From Escherichia virus TH40, in sequence record MT446411.1: a stretch of DNA of 64,000 bases, one strand, 5' to 3'. Position numbers and translations under genes: made by a program. The notes beneath the pieces were generated by a model. It made no database searches. It saw only the letters and a list, made by a program, of their open reading frames with translations, and was not told the origin of the DNA. The stretch's first letter is position 1. Each line of letters opens with the position of its first letter. Shown in pieces: positions 16,576 through 27,614 of this stretch.

Positions 16576-18522
16576 ATGGCTACTCCTACGAATTACCAAT
16601 TAACAAGAACCGTTAACGCTATCCCAAAAGTATTTGTGGGAGCTACGTTTGAAGAAATTAAAAAGAACATCATCGACTGGTTATCAAGCCAGGATGAATT
16701 TAAGGATTATGATTTCGTAGGTTCGCGAATGAATATCCTGATTGACATGCTTGCATATAATACATTGTATATGCAGCAGTTTGCTAATACAGCGGTTTAT
16801 GAATCATTTATCGGAACTGCAAACTTAAGGTCTTCAGTTGTTCAGGCTGCGCAGGATAATGGATATCTTCCATCTTCTCGCTCGGCTGCAAAGACTTCGG
16901 TTATGTTGACATGTTCTCATGCTCTACAACCATCGAATATTGAAATCCCACGAGGAACTAAATTCCTGGCTTATGCTCGTGATACATCAGCTGACCCTTA
17001 TGTTTTTGTTACCACGGAAAACGTTATCGCGGTTAAAGATATTAACAACCAATACCTTCCGATTGTATCTCTGGCACAGGGTCGTATTATTCGTACGGAA
17101 CTTTTATATGACCCGAAACAACCTATTCTTATCCGCGACCCGGATATTGACCGCAAAGAAGTTAAGTTATATGTGAATGGTGTTGAGTGGGATGACTGGA
17201 CGAACAAATCAATGGTTCACGCTGGTTCGACTTCCACCATATTTTATATGCGTGAAACAATTGATGGCTATACCGAATTTTTCTTCGGTGAAGGTGAATC
17301 CACCAAATCTGTGGCCGGTGGCGTTATGGAAGCCAACTATATTGGCGGTCTTAAACCTGTGCAAGATTCAACAATTGTTATTGAGTATCTTCGCACTTCC
17401 GGGGCAGATGCAAACGGCGCTGTTGATTTTAGTTATGCTGATACTTTGTCTTATATTACAGTGGATAAAATTACCGAAAACTATAATAACGACCCTGATT
17501 ATGTCGGTGCTGATGGTGGCGGTGACCCAGAAGATATCGAACGTATCCGTGAACTGGCTGTTGTTAAACGTGAAGCGCAGATGCGTGCTGTCACCGGAAC
17601 AGATTATGATACCTTCGTATCCGAAAGATTTGGGTCAATTGTACAAGCCGTGCAGACGTTTACAGACGCTAATAAACCTGGATATGCGTTTATATCAGTT
17701 AAGCCTAAATCGGGCTTGTATCTCACTGCAGTGCAGCGTGAGGACATCCAGAACTACCTTAGCGAGTTCAACGTATCAACAATTACACCATCGGTAATTT
17801 CTCCGGATTATTTGTTCCTTAAACATAATATCAAAGTGTCTTATGCGCTGAACAAATTGCAAGAATCTGAACAATGGTTGCAAGCACAAATCATTAATCA
17901 GATTGACCGTTATTATATTGATGAAGTTGAAATCTTTAACAGAAGTTTTGCTAAGTCAAAAATGCTTACATACGTGGATAATACCGACCATAGTATTCTT
18001 GGCTCGTCTGCAACCATTTCGATGGTGCGTGAAGTCCTGAACTTCTTTAAGACTCCGGAATCCGGCATTAAATACTATAACCAGTATGGCAACCGTTCAG
18101 TCGAATCAAGCGAATTTGAATTTGTTCCGACTACGGGTGAAGCCTATAACGTTCGCATTGTTGCAACTGATAAAGATTCTCGCGGTGATGGCAAAATGGT
18201 AATTGGTCCATTCCGTCCGGGTGATGTTATCGAAAACGTAAACATCCAGCCTTACCTACAAGATGACTTTAATAAAATGGAAGCTCCGGCTGACCAAACA
18301 GTTTATTACGCAATTGGCGAAATTGACTATTACTCTGACTATATTTTTTGGGATATCGCCGCGATTGGATTGACATCCGAGCGCTTTGAAGTTCAATCAA
18401 TCGAACTTTATGCAAGTCCCAACCAAGATAATATATACACGCAAGATGGTTCACTGATTGTATTTGAGAATGACCTTCGTCCGCAATATACAAAGATTGA
18501 CCTTGAACCGATTACACTATAA
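16576..18522 (+). CDS. 6: gp6 baseplate wedge protein
   Basis: 648 aa, synteny and size (T4 660 aa). Confidence 0.85.
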   Translation: MATPTNYQLTRTVNAIPKVFVGATFEEIKKNIIDWLSSQDEFKDYDFVGSRMNILIDMLAYNTLYMQQFANTAVYESFIGTANLRSSVVQAAQDNGYLPSSRSAAKTSVMLTCSHALQPSNIEIPRGTKFLAYARDTSADPYVFVTTENVIAVKDINNQYLPIVSLAQGRIIRTELLYDPKQPILIRDPDIDRKEVKLYVNGVEWDDWTNKSMVHAGSTSTIFYMRETIDGYTEFFFGEGESTKSVAGGVMEANYIGGLKPVQDSTIVIEYLRTSGADANGAVDFSYADTLSYITVDKITENYNNDPDYVGADGGGDPEDIERIRELAVVKREAQMRAVTGTDYDTFVSERFGSIVQAVQTFTDANKPGYAFISVKPKSGLYLTAVQREDIQNYLSEFNVSTITPSVISPDYLFLKHNIKVSYALNKLQESEQWLQAQIINQIDRYYIDEVEIFNRSFAKSKMLTYVDNTDHSILGSSATISMVREVLNFFKTPESGIKYYNQYGNRSVESSEFEFVPTTGEAYNVRIVATDKDSRGDGKMVIGPFRPGDVIENVNIQPYLQDDFNKMEAPADQTVYYAIGEIDYYSDYIFWDIAAIGLTSERFEVQSIELYASPNQDNIYTQDGSLIVFENDLRPQYTKIDLEPITL

Positions 18523-18541
18523 GCCTCTTCGGAGGCTTTTT
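18521..18541 (+). terminator. hairpin GCCTC-TTCG-GAGGC + TTTTT after gene 6
   Basis: Tetraloop stem-loop with U-run. Confidence 0.55.
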
Positions 18542-18550
18542 AAGGAAACC

Positions 18551-21500
18551 ATGATGAGTGTTAAAGCCCCTTATGTAACCAGCTTACGGATTGATAAACT
18601 ATCTGCTAACCAGGTTAGCATAAAATGGGATAATGTTGGCGCCAACTTTTATTATTTTGTTGAGATTGCTACGACAAAAGAAAATGGTGTTGCTATTCCA
18701 GAAGAAAATCTGTTATGGAGGAATTTAGGTTATACTCCAGACAATGAATGGTTCGAACAAAATTTTATTCGTCCAGTATCATTTTACAAAATGCGTGTTG
18801 CTGTTGCAGCAATGGGTTTTGAACAATCTGATTGGGTTTATACCGAAGAATTTGAAACCTTTGCAACTAACGCATATACATTTGAGCACATGCGTGAATT
18901 TACATTAACAAATAAATTCATCGAAGAAAAATTTACAAACAATAACCAAGCTTATATCAACTTTAATAATGATGCAATTATGGCATCGCTGATGTCTGAA
19001 GATTTTAGCTTTACTCCTGCGTATTCTCATTTGTCTTCAATTTCAAACTATGTATTAAAAGAAGACCAATACCACGAAATCCAGGGTAGCATTCAGCCGG
19101 TGTGTAACGATGTTAATCGTACGATGATTGCTGAACTCGGTGGCGTACTGTATTTGTTTGAACGATTCCAGACAACTGTCAAAGTCTCCAATGATAAAGG
19201 GCAGAACTGGTATTATGTAAAATTGTTTAATGACCGTATCGGTAACCCGGTATCGCGCACAATTTATTATCAATCAGATACGACAACTTATGTACTCGGG
19301 TATGACCGAATTTTTTACGGCCGCAAATCAAGTGACATAAGATGGTCTGCTGATGATATTCGATTCAGTTCCCAGGATATAACATTTGCAAAAATTGGTT
19401 CGGATATCAATCTTGGATTTGATATTGAAATATTTGGCACATACGCAAGACTTCCTGCTTATATCTCGACAATTGCCGAAGCAATCACTACGACCGATTC
19501 CATGATTTACGTTGCCGGGCGCGACCGCGTGTACAAAGCTAAATCTTCTGATGCTCCAATTGATAACGACCCCAACTCCCCAACATTCGGTGAAAAATTA
19601 TTTGAAGCTGGATATAGCACAATAAGTGGTAACCCAAAAGCTGTTTGTTATAAGATGGATGCAATTGATGGTGAAGTATTTGCATTAATCACGGGGGAAG
19701 TAAAAGAAGAGCGACAAGACCCGACTAAACCTGAAAACGTTGTCGATTCGTTATCTAAGGGCGTTTATAAATTAAATGCTGACACCGATACATGGACACG
19801 AGTTTTTGGTAACACAGAGGATGAACGTCGACGTATTGAACATGGTTACACAAGCATGTCAACCGACGGAATTGAACTTTTTATCAGTTCAAGTAACTTC
19901 CGTTATTCCGTAGAGCCGGATACTGAACTCCCTGCTAAGTATCCTGAAGAAGTTAATGAAGCAGTCAAATATGTGTATGACGAACAATGGATACATGACA
20001 AGCATTATTTGATGATGAGTTTTAGGTCGAATAAAGATTCAGGTTGGGAAGAGTTTAAACCTGGCCGTATGTCATATTACGCTGAACCGTTCTTTAACTG
20101 GTCTCGTCGTGATGATACTCGTTGTTGGATTACTACGTCAGACAGAGCTCTGGTTGTATATAATGACATGCTGTATCAAAAGATTATCGATACCTTTGGT
20201 GGTTCATCCCCTGAACGTATTGTACACGAATACTGGAATAAAGGTCAAGTAAAAGTTACTTCTCCTAACATCGAATTCAATGGCTTTAAAAAATACGCCT
20301 CGGGTATTATGTTACACAAAAATACTGGAGAGCTTATTGGCTATTTTGAATTTGACTATCGTAGGCGTGATGAAGTTAGATTAATCTGGAAACCGAAAGA
20401 AGTTATGTTCACTGCAGAATTACAGAACCAGGAACATGATATTCCATGGACACCAGATAATGACGAACAAGAGAAAGACCCAGACTTGCGTCCTCTTTTA
20501 ACAAAGATGGTTCCAGATAGTTATTTGCTCCAGGATAGCAACTTTGAAAAATTCTGTGAATATTATTTGCAGTTTATCAGTGATGGCTCTGGTACATATT
20601 ATAACAACCTTTTGAACTTAATTCGCAACCAGTACCCGCGCGAGGAAGATGCATGGGAATACCTTTGGAGCGAAATGTACAAAAGAAATATATATTTGTC
20701 AAAGACCAAGCGTGACGAAGTAGTTCGTTTCTTTGAAGCAAGACAGTCTGATTTTTGGGCCACTAAGGGTACTGAAGCATCCTATAAATTTTTGTTCAAA
20801 TTGTTATATAATGAAGACGTTGAAATCGATATTGAATCCAAGAACGGAACCGAGTATGACATAATCGTCGAATCTGATAACATCAGCGAAGATATTGTTG
20901 GACAAACAATTTACACACCAACTGGTCGCAGTAACGTTACTTATATGGAACGTGACTACAAACAGGGTAAATTGAGATGGCGTATCACGATTCATAACTT
21001 ACTTGGTCGCTTTATTGTTGGGCAAGAAATTAAATCCGAAAGGACTTCCTTTGAAGGTATGATTGTTCAGGGTGTTCGTGGGAAAGAATTACTTAGCAAC
21101 AACATCGATTATATCAACCGAAATCGTTCTTACTATGTAATGACCATTAAATCAAGTCTCCCAACATCTCGTTATCGTAATGACGTATTGCGATTTGTTC
21201 ATCCGGTTGGATTTGGATTCGTTGGAATTACATTATTGACAATGTTTGTTAATGCTGGTCTGTCATTAAAACATACCGAAACTATTATCAATAAACTGAA
21301 CAACTATCGTTGGTCGTCAGGTATTCCGTCAGAATGGTGCGACCGTATCGCAGTTATTGGGGCCGATGGAAACATTGAGCGTAGTCCTGTTACAGGTGAA
21401 GCGGTATATAATATTGCTCCTAATGCAGGTTTACCATTCCCATTACCAGCAGATTATGATGCCGAAAACGATTTTTCAGATTTTCATGGGACTCTCCCGT

Positions 21501-21649
21501 CTGAACGTCGTAAAAAATACAGTCCATTGTTTGACCAGTCTGCCGTGACTTTTGCTAACTGGCGCAATTTGGTTAATCAACGTCTTAAGGATGATATTGG
21601 TAATCCACGCGACCCGAAAGAACCCACACAGGTAAAGGTAAATGAATAA
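18551..21649 (+). CDS. 7: gp7 baseplate wedge initiator
   Basis: 1032 aa from ATGATG with AAGGAAA RBS, identical length to T4 gp7. Confidence 0.85.
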   Translation: MMSVKAPYVTSLRIDKLSANQVSIKWDNVGANFYYFVEIATTKENGVAIPEENLLWRNLGYTPDNEWFEQNFIRPVSFYKMRVAVAAMGFEQSDWVYTEEFETFATNAYTFEHMREFTLTNKFIEEKFTNNNQAYINFNNDAIMASLMSEDFSFTPAYSHLSSISNYVLKEDQYHEIQGSIQPVCNDVNRTMIAELGGVLYLFERFQTTVKVSNDKGQNWYYVKLFNDRIGNPVSRTIYYQSDTTTYVLGYDRIFYGRKSSDIRWSADDIRFSSQDITFAKIGSDINLGFDIEIFGTYARLPAYISTIAEAITTTDSMIYVAGRDRVYKAKSSDAPIDNDPNSPTFGEKLFEAGYSTISGNPKAVCYKMDAIDGEVFALITGEVKEERQDPTKPENVVDSLSKGVYKLNADTDTWTRVFGNTEDERRRIEHGYTSMSTDGIELFISSSNFRYSVEPDTELPAKYPEEVNEAVKYVYDEQWIHDKHYLMMSFRSNKDSGWEEFKPGRMSYYAEPFFNWSRRDDTRCWITTSDRALVVYNDMLYQKIIDTFGGSSPERIVHEYWNKGQVKVTSPNIEFNGFKKYASGIMLHKNTGELIGYFEFDYRRRDEVRLIWKPKEVMFTAELQNQEHDIPWTPDNDEQEKDPDLRPLLTKMVPDSYLLQDSNFEKFCEYYLQFISDGSGTYYNNLLNLIRNQYPREEDAWEYLWSEMYKRNIYLSKTKRDEVVRFFEARQSDFWATKGTEASYKFLFKLLYNEDVEIDIESKNGTEYDIIVESDNISEDIVGQTIYTPTGRSNVTYMERDYKQGKLRWRITIHNLLGRFIVGQEIKSERTSFEGMIVQGVRGKELLSNNIDYINRNRSYYVMTIKSSLPTSRYRNDVLRFVHPVGFGFVGITLLTMFVNAGLSLKHTETIINKLNNYRWSSGIPSEWCDRIAVIGADGNIERSPVTGEAVYNIAPNAGLPFPLPADYDAENDFSDFHGTLPSERRKKYSPLFDQSAVTFANWRNLVNQRLKDDIGNPRDPKEPTQVKVNE

Positions 21650-22646
21650 TTCATCTGTAGTTTATCGTTCGATAATTACCTCGAAATTTCGAACTGAAAA
21701 AATGTATAACTTTTATAAAATGATTGGTAACGAGCCTGACCAGAATACGATGTATGTAACATTCGGTCGTGCTGAACCCTGGGCTTCGAATGAGAATGAC
21801 CCGGGGTTCGCCCCTCCTTATCCGGTTGATACAGCACAAGGTGTTGAAGATACTTGGACCAATATGATGGGGGCAGTCAAAGTTTATAAATCAATGCTTG
21901 ATTGTGTTGTCCCACGTAAAGACTGGGGCGATATCAGATATCCTAATCCGCTTAACTTCCAGGTAGGGGAAATTGTTGTAGCTAACAGTGCTCCATATAA
22001 CCGAACTGATGTTGGTAAAGGTTGGATGGTTTATCGTTGCGTGGATGTTCCTGATGTTGGGACTTGCTCCATTTATTCCATTATCAATAAAGAAGAGTGC
22101 TTAAAACTCGGTGGTAAATGGACGGCAGAATATAACTCGACGAGAGCTCCAGCAGGGACTGGCGACACTGAAGGACGAGTTGATATGGGCGATGGTTATC
22201 TCTGGGAATATTTGTATGAGATTCCGCCTGATGTATCCATCAACCGTTGTACTAACGAATATATTGTTGTTCCATGGCCTGAAGAAATCGAAGAAGACCC
22301 GTCACGTTGGGGTTACAAAGACAATATCAGCTGGCAACAAGATGATTTCGGTTTAATATATAGAATCAAAGGATATACAATCAGATTTAAAGCATTTATG
22401 GATTCCATTTACTTCCCGGAATTCAGTCTCCCGGGAAACAAAGGCTTCCGACAGCTGTCGATTATATCCAACCCACTTGAAGTTAAAGTACATCCTAATG
22501 ACCCAAATATCAAAGCAATCAAAGAATACTACGATGCAATTGATTTGGACCGTCATTCTGGGGAAATGATTTATATGGAAAACCGCCCACCAATTATTCG
22601 TGCAATGGACCAGACAGAAGAAGTTAACATTATTTTTGAATTCTAA
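21642..22646 (+). CDS. 8: gp8 baseplate wedge protein
   Basis: 334 aa, same as T4 gp8; synteny. Confidence 0.85.
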   Translation: MNNSSVVYRSIITSKFRTEKMYNFYKMIGNEPDQNTMYVTFGRAEPWASNENDPGFAPPYPVDTAQGVEDTWTNMMGAVKVYKSMLDCVVPRKDWGDIRYPNPLNFQVGEIVVANSAPYNRTDVGKGWMVYRCVDVPDVGTCSIYSIINKEECLKLGGKWTAEYNSTRAPAGTGDTEGRVDMGDGYLWEYLYEIPPDVSINRCTNEYIVVPWPEEIEEDPSRWGYKDNISWQQDDFGLIYRIKGYTIRFKAFMDSIYFPEFSLPGNKGFRQLSIISNPLEVKVHPNDPNIKAIKEYYDAIDLDRHSGEMIYMENRPPIIRAMDQTEEVNIIFEF

Positions 22647-22649
22647 CTA

Positions 22650-22671
22650 GGGACCTTCGGGTCCCTTTTTT
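22650..22671 (+). terminator. hairpin GGGACC-TTCG-GGTCCC + TTTTTT after gene 8
   Basis: Perfect 6-bp stem, TTCG loop, T6. Confidence 0.65.
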
Positions 22672-22674
22672 ATT

Positions 22675-22682
22675 CTATAAAT
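22675..22682 (+). promoter_or_regulatory. late promoter TATAAATA (gene 9)
   Basis: Exact T4 late consensus after terminator hairpin, 28 nt upstream of ATG. Confidence 0.6.
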
Positions 22683-22710
22683 ATAGCTATATCAATAACG
22701 AGGCTTACCT

Positions 22711-23580
22711 ATGATTAATCAAACCCCAAAATTATTAGTAGACATCGGCGAGATTGGTAACGCCAGCACCGGTGATATTCTATATGAAGGCGGTCGTAAA
22801 CTGAACGTGGATTTAGACAGTTTGTATAATACATTTGGCGACCAGCGTCTGTACTCTGTGAACAATGGAGAAAACACCCAGGTCCTTCATGCGACTGGGT
22901 ACTATCAAAAAGCTACAAATATCATCGAATGGAACTCAACTGTTGCTCTCGGTTCTATGCGTGATGTCAATACTGCCGAAGGTGTTATCACCGCAAGAAT
23001 TGCAAAAGGTAAAGCAGGCGAAGGTGTTATCTTTATTAACTCCAATGGTTCATTATCTACCTCGATGCCTCTGGAAGTTGAACTACAAGGCACGGATTCA
23101 TTCCTGACCGCTGCAACGAACAAAATGAAATTTACTCAGCCTTATACAAAAATTACATTGTGGTGTATTGACGATGCTAACGGCGTAGGGACCTGGGACT
23201 ACAAAATTGAAAGTATGTTTGGTAACCAATCTGTATTGCTCGACAAAACATACAATATGAGCTCGGTTGTTCGTGATATTCCAATCGCTTACCGCGCAGA
23301 TTATAAAACTATCAAATTGATGCTGACAGCTATTTCAACAGACGAAACTAAATACAAAGCATCAGAAATGTTACTTTACATCGACCTTAAAGCCCGCAAG
23401 GTATATAGCACAGAATACGCTGTAATCAGACGTGGACAAGCTAACGACGATGATGAGATATATGCTATCGATTTTAGAATTGATAACCAGGACATCATAC
23501 AGGCGGCTATAAGCTCACCCACTGCCATGAAGCTCGCTATTAAAGTAATTTCCGCCCAAACAATCGGAGTACCGGTATAA
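22711..23580 (+). CDS. 9: gp9 baseplate wedge / long tail fibre socket
   Basis: 289 aa; late promoter TATAAATA at 22675-22682. Confidence 0.85.
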   Translation: MINQTPKLLVDIGEIGNASTGDILYEGGRKLNVDLDSLYNTFGDQRLYSVNNGENTQVLHATGYYQKATNIIEWNSTVALGSMRDVNTAEGVITARIAKGKAGEGVIFINSNGSLSTSMPLEVELQGTDSFLTAATNKMKFTQPYTKITLWCIDDANGVGTWDYKIESMFGNQSVLLDKTYNMSSVVRDIPIAYRADYKTIKLMLTAISTDETKYKASEMLLYIDLKARKVYSTEYAVIRRGQANDDDEIYAIDFRIDNQDIIQAAISSPTAMKLAIKVISAQTIGVPV

Positions 23581-25391
23581 TGAAACAGAATTTAAAAATT
23601 GGAAATATGGTTGATGATGGTACGGGTGATTACCTTCGTCTCGGCGGTCAAAAAATAAATAATAACTTTGATGACCTTTATTATCAGCTAGGGGACGGTG
23701 AAAATCCCCATGCAGCTGGTGCATGGAAAACTTGGACTACGCAAGAAGGTACCGAGTTGTCCGCTGTTATGGGCCGAAGCTATACCATCGATACATCAGC
23801 GGGTGCCGTTCGAGTCGTCCTTCCGAAAGGAACAACTCAAGAATACAATTATGTAATTCGCTTGCGTGATGTGTTTGCTACCTGGCAAATCAACCCGGTG
23901 ACAATTGTTCCTGCAGTCGGGGATACGATTAAAGGCTCACCGAATCCAGTAGAAATTAAACGCAACTTAGCCGACCTTGAACTTGTATATTGTTCACCAG
24001 GTCGTTGGGAATATATCGATAATAAACAAGTCGATAAAATTTCAAATAACGACGTTGCCACAGTTGCATCCCAACAGTTTATTGCCACCGAAGGACAAAC
24101 TGACTTTATCAATGTGTTTGGTGCTATTCCATATAGCGTATCGAACTTAGAAGTCAAACATCGTGGTAACGACCTGTTTTATGGTAAAGATGATATTTTT
24201 GACCCGGTGAATGCTGAATTTGGTTCCCCTGGTGCAAACCCTGGTGAAATCGTTGCGCTTGATGGTAAAAGCATCCGTCTGAAAATGCCATGTGCTGAAG
24301 GTGATACTGTTATCATCCGAACATTTAATGATGGTATTGCTCAATGGCGTAGTTCGTATAATCGTCGTGATATACTTGTTCGTAGTCAAGACAGGACCAA
24401 AGAAACAACAATTAATGGTTCTTTGATTGTTACAGATTTGGCAACCAAACACACCTTTACAATTGAAGAACTTGGTATTTCTCCGGGTAGCCCAATTAAC
24501 CCAAACGCATGTCAGGTATTCATTAACAGTATTTTACAACATCAGGCTGGTACTGCGGGAACTCCAGTATTTTATTGTGAAGGTGCACAAGGTTCTACTG
24601 CTGCAGAATGTAGTGCAAATGGTGGTAGCTGGTCTGAATCAAACCAGGATTATTTGCTGCAATTTGATGATGATAACCGTATCGAAGGCATTAGCATTTA
24701 CCGTGAATTTGAAGACGGTGATATTCTGTCGGTCATTTGGTACAATAACGATATCGGCACAACTATGACCATGGATGAAATCCGTGATGAGACTGATACT
24801 CTTTATGTTTCTCAGGGCAATACGTTGAGCCTAACCGGTCGTGTGCGTATTACAGATTTTGATAATCCGTTTGCACCAAACGTTGAACCAGTCGGTCTTC
24901 AGGAAGTTGTTCCATCTTCTGTTGGCGCTATCTTTGAATTATTCTATCCGGTCGGTACAATTTACGAAAATACGGTTAACCCAAATAACCCGGTTACTTA
25001 TATGGGATTTGGTTCATGGAAACGTTTGAAAGAACGTGTAATTGTTGCCTGGTCAGACGACCCTGCCTCAAACTTCCATACAAACAATAATGACCTGGAT
25101 TCTGGTGGTAACCCACAAGCGACAGCAGGTGGTACAGGTGGTAGCGTTGAAGTTCATATTAAAGATATAAACGTACCTAAACTTGAAACTGATGAGAAGG
25201 TTTTAGTTGTTGATGATAATGGCCCGATTGTTGTCGGTGGTTGTCAGGTAGACCCGGATGCACAAGGTCCAGCCTATACCAAATACAGAGAAGACAAAGC
25301 CACCATTAACCAGGCGCAAGACCCTCAAGCTCAACCGGTTTATACAATGCCTCCATATTTGATTGCTCATCGCTGGGTAAGGATTGCTTAA
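23580..25391 (+). CDS. 10: gp10 baseplate wedge / short tail fibre attachment
   Basis: 603 aa vs T4 602; synteny. Confidence 0.85.
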   Translation: MKQNLKIGNMVDDGTGDYLRLGGQKINNNFDDLYYQLGDGENPHAAGAWKTWTTQEGTELSAVMGRSYTIDTSAGAVRVVLPKGTTQEYNYVIRLRDVFATWQINPVTIVPAVGDTIKGSPNPVEIKRNLADLELVYCSPGRWEYIDNKQVDKISNNDVATVASQQFIATEGQTDFINVFGAIPYSVSNLEVKHRGNDLFYGKDDIFDPVNAEFGSPGANPGEIVALDGKSIRLKMPCAEGDTVIIRTFNDGIAQWRSSYNRRDILVRSQDRTKETTINGSLIVTDLATKHTFTIEELGISPGSPINPNACQVFINSILQHQAGTAGTPVFYCEGAQGSTAAECSANGGSWSESNQDYLLQFDDDNRIEGISIYREFEDGDILSVIWYNNDIGTTMTMDEIRDETDTLYVSQGNTLSLTGRVRITDFDNPFAPNVEPVGLQEVVPSSVGAIFELFYPVGTIYENTVNPNNPVTYMGFGSWKRLKERVIVAWSDDPASNFHTNNNDLDSGGNPQATAGGTGGSVEVHIKDINVPKLETDEKVLVVDDNGPIVVGGCQVDPDAQGPAYTKYREDKATINQAQDPQAQPVYTMPPYLIAHRWVRIA

Positions 25392-26056
25392 TGAAAACAT
25401 TAACGAATAAAAAGGCTGGAGTAATTTCCCGCCTTGCTAGTTGCTTAGAATTTCAAAATACATCAAAAAATATTACGGCTGTCATGGGTCAACGAGCAAT
25501 CGGCGGCCCATCTGCAACACAAACAACCGAGGGTATTTTTTATCCAACAGTTCAGAGCGCAATAGATGATATTGCGTTTCGATATGAGCTTCCGGTTGGC
25601 AGTGTAATTACTAATACGAATAACCTTTCTCCTGCGGCAATCAGTCAGTCGGATAAAATTAAATTTACCGGGTCTATTTCTGGTGCTGGAGTTGGTGATA
25701 CTGTTTTATTTTTCATTTTTGGTATTCCAGTTGAGGTTATTGTCGGGGATTCGGCTGTATTAGTTGCTTCCAAGGTTAACGATGCTTTGTTAGCGGCTGT
25801 TGCTGATAGTTTAATTGTGTCAAGCTCTGCAATTGATAGTGTAGACCAGTCTATATTAAATATTACATATAACGATTATCAAAACCATAATTTTGCACCT
25901 TTTGCTCAATATGGTTGTACGCTTAGCCAGACTATTATACAACAACCGCGCGGTGGTTATGGTTCCTGGGAATATCTTGGAACTTCAACCCAGACATTAT
26001 CAGGTGGCACAGCAGATGGCGCAATTTCACTTTACCATTATAAGCGAGTATCGTAA
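25391..26056 (+). CDS. 11: gp11 baseplate wedge / short tail fibre connector
   Basis: 221 aa vs T4 219; synteny. Confidence 0.85.
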   Translation: MKTLTNKKAGVISRLASCLEFQNTSKNITAVMGQRAIGGPSATQTTEGIFYPTVQSAIDDIAFRYELPVGSVITNTNNLSPAAISQSDKIKFTGSISGAGVGDTVLFFIFGIPVEVIVGDSAVLVASKVNDALLAAVADSLIVSSSAIDSVDQSILNITYNDYQNHNFAPFAQYGCTLSQTIIQQPRGGYGSWEYLGTSTQTLSGGTADGAISLYHYKRVS

Positions 26057-27606
26057 TGACAACGACTAACACGCTAAAACACATTAGCGATAAATCCGAA
26101 TATAAAACATTCGACCCGACGGGAACAGCTTTCCCGTCGACTGTTACCAACGTACAAGAGGCTTTAGGGTCTCTTAATAAAATTGCGTTAGATGGATATA
26201 TCCCAGCCTCATCCGAAACGACCGCAGGACTCATCAGGCTAGCCACCACACAAGAAGTTATTGATGGTATTAGTCCAGACTCTGCAGTTACTCCAGCGAC
26301 CTTAAAAGCTCGTTTAGACATTCCTACGCAAGCTACAGAAACTTATGTAGGTATTACCCGTTATGCAACCAATGCCGAAGCAATTGCCGGGACAGTAACC
26401 GATGCGGCTATTGTTCCATCTTCATTAAAAGCAACAATTGATGATGTTTTTACTGTTCGTGTTGGTACCGAAAATAATTTGGGTGTTCTTCGTATTAGTA
26501 CCGAGGATGCAGCTTTAGCTGGCACAGATGACACAACCGCTATGTCTCCGTTGAAAGTTGCTCTGGCAATTGGCAAAGCAACAGCGGCGCTTCCAACTTA
26601 TTCAACTGCCACACAAACTGTTTCTGGTTTAGTACGAATTGCTACAAATGCTGAAGTGCAAGCAGGAACCCTGGGTGACGGTGTAGCAATTTCTCCAGCA
26701 GGTTTAAATGCTCGTACAGCAACACAAGACCGCGCTGGGATTATTCGTCTTGGTAATCAGTCAGAGATTAATAACAGTGCTGATGGTGTTGCGGTAACTG
26801 GCGCAACTCTTAATGGTCGTGGAGCCACAACCGATAATCGCGGCGTCGTTAGATTAACTACTCAGGCTGGGGTTGCTCCTGGTGGTGATGGTGCCGGTGC
26901 ACTGGCTTGGAATGCTGATGTAATCAACACTCGTGGTGGTCAACGAATTAATGGAAGTCTTTTTTTAGATTATATTTCCACCGGCAATTTTGATTCCAAT
27001 ACAGCTCATATGGGCGGTCAATTACTTTCTACACAGCGTTATGCTTCTGAACGGGTTCCAGTTGGAACGGTGATGATGTTCGCAGGTGATAGTGCTCCTC
27101 CTGGCTGGATTATGTGTCACGGCGGCACCGTTAATGGTGACCAATTCCCTGACTATCGAAATACTGTTGGAACTCGTTTCGGTGGCGATTGGACCAACGT
27201 CGGTATTCCTGATATGCGTGGTTTGTTTGTTCGTGGTGCTGGTACCGGTGGACATATTCTGAATAACCGCGGTCAAGATGGTTATGGCAAAGACCGTTTG
27301 GGTGTTGGTTGTGATGGTTCATGGGTCGGTGGTGTACAAGCTCAGCAAATGTCATATCATAAACACGCGGGTGGTTGGGGTGAATACCAACGTAACGAAG
27401 CTCCATTTGGTGCATCAGTTTATCAAGGTTATCTAGGTACAAGAAAATATGCAGACTGGGATAACGCTTCATATTTTACTAACGATGGATTTGAACTCGG
27501 TGGCGGCAGAGATGCTTTAGGTACGTTAAACCGTGAAGGTCTTATTGGTTATGAAACTCGCCCATGGAATATGTCTTTAAACTATATTATCAAAATTCAT
27601 TACTAA
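26056..27606 (+). CDS. 12: gp12 short tail fibre
   Basis: 516 aa; repetitive Ala/Thr/Gly-rich fibre repeats; synteny. Confidence 0.85.
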   Translation: MTTTNTLKHISDKSEYKTFDPTGTAFPSTVTNVQEALGSLNKIALDGYIPASSETTAGLIRLATTQEVIDGISPDSAVTPATLKARLDIPTQATETYVGITRYATNAEAIAGTVTDAAIVPSSLKATIDDVFTVRVGTENNLGVLRISTEDAALAGTDDTTAMSPLKVALAIGKATAALPTYSTATQTVSGLVRIATNAEVQAGTLGDGVAISPAGLNARTATQDRAGIIRLGNQSEINNSADGVAVTGATLNGRGATTDNRGVVRLTTQAGVAPGGDGAGALAWNADVINTRGGQRINGSLFLDYISTGNFDSNTAHMGGQLLSTQRYASERVPVGTVMMFAGDSAPPGWIMCHGGTVNGDQFPDYRNTVGTRFGGDWTNVGIPDMRGLFVRGAGTGGHILNNRGQDGYGKDRLGVGCDGSWVGGVQAQQMSYHKHAGGWGEYQRNEAPFGASVYQGYLGTRKYADWDNASYFTNDGFELGGGRDALGTLNREGLIGYETRPWNMSLNYIIKIHY

Positions 27607-27614
27607 GGACCAAA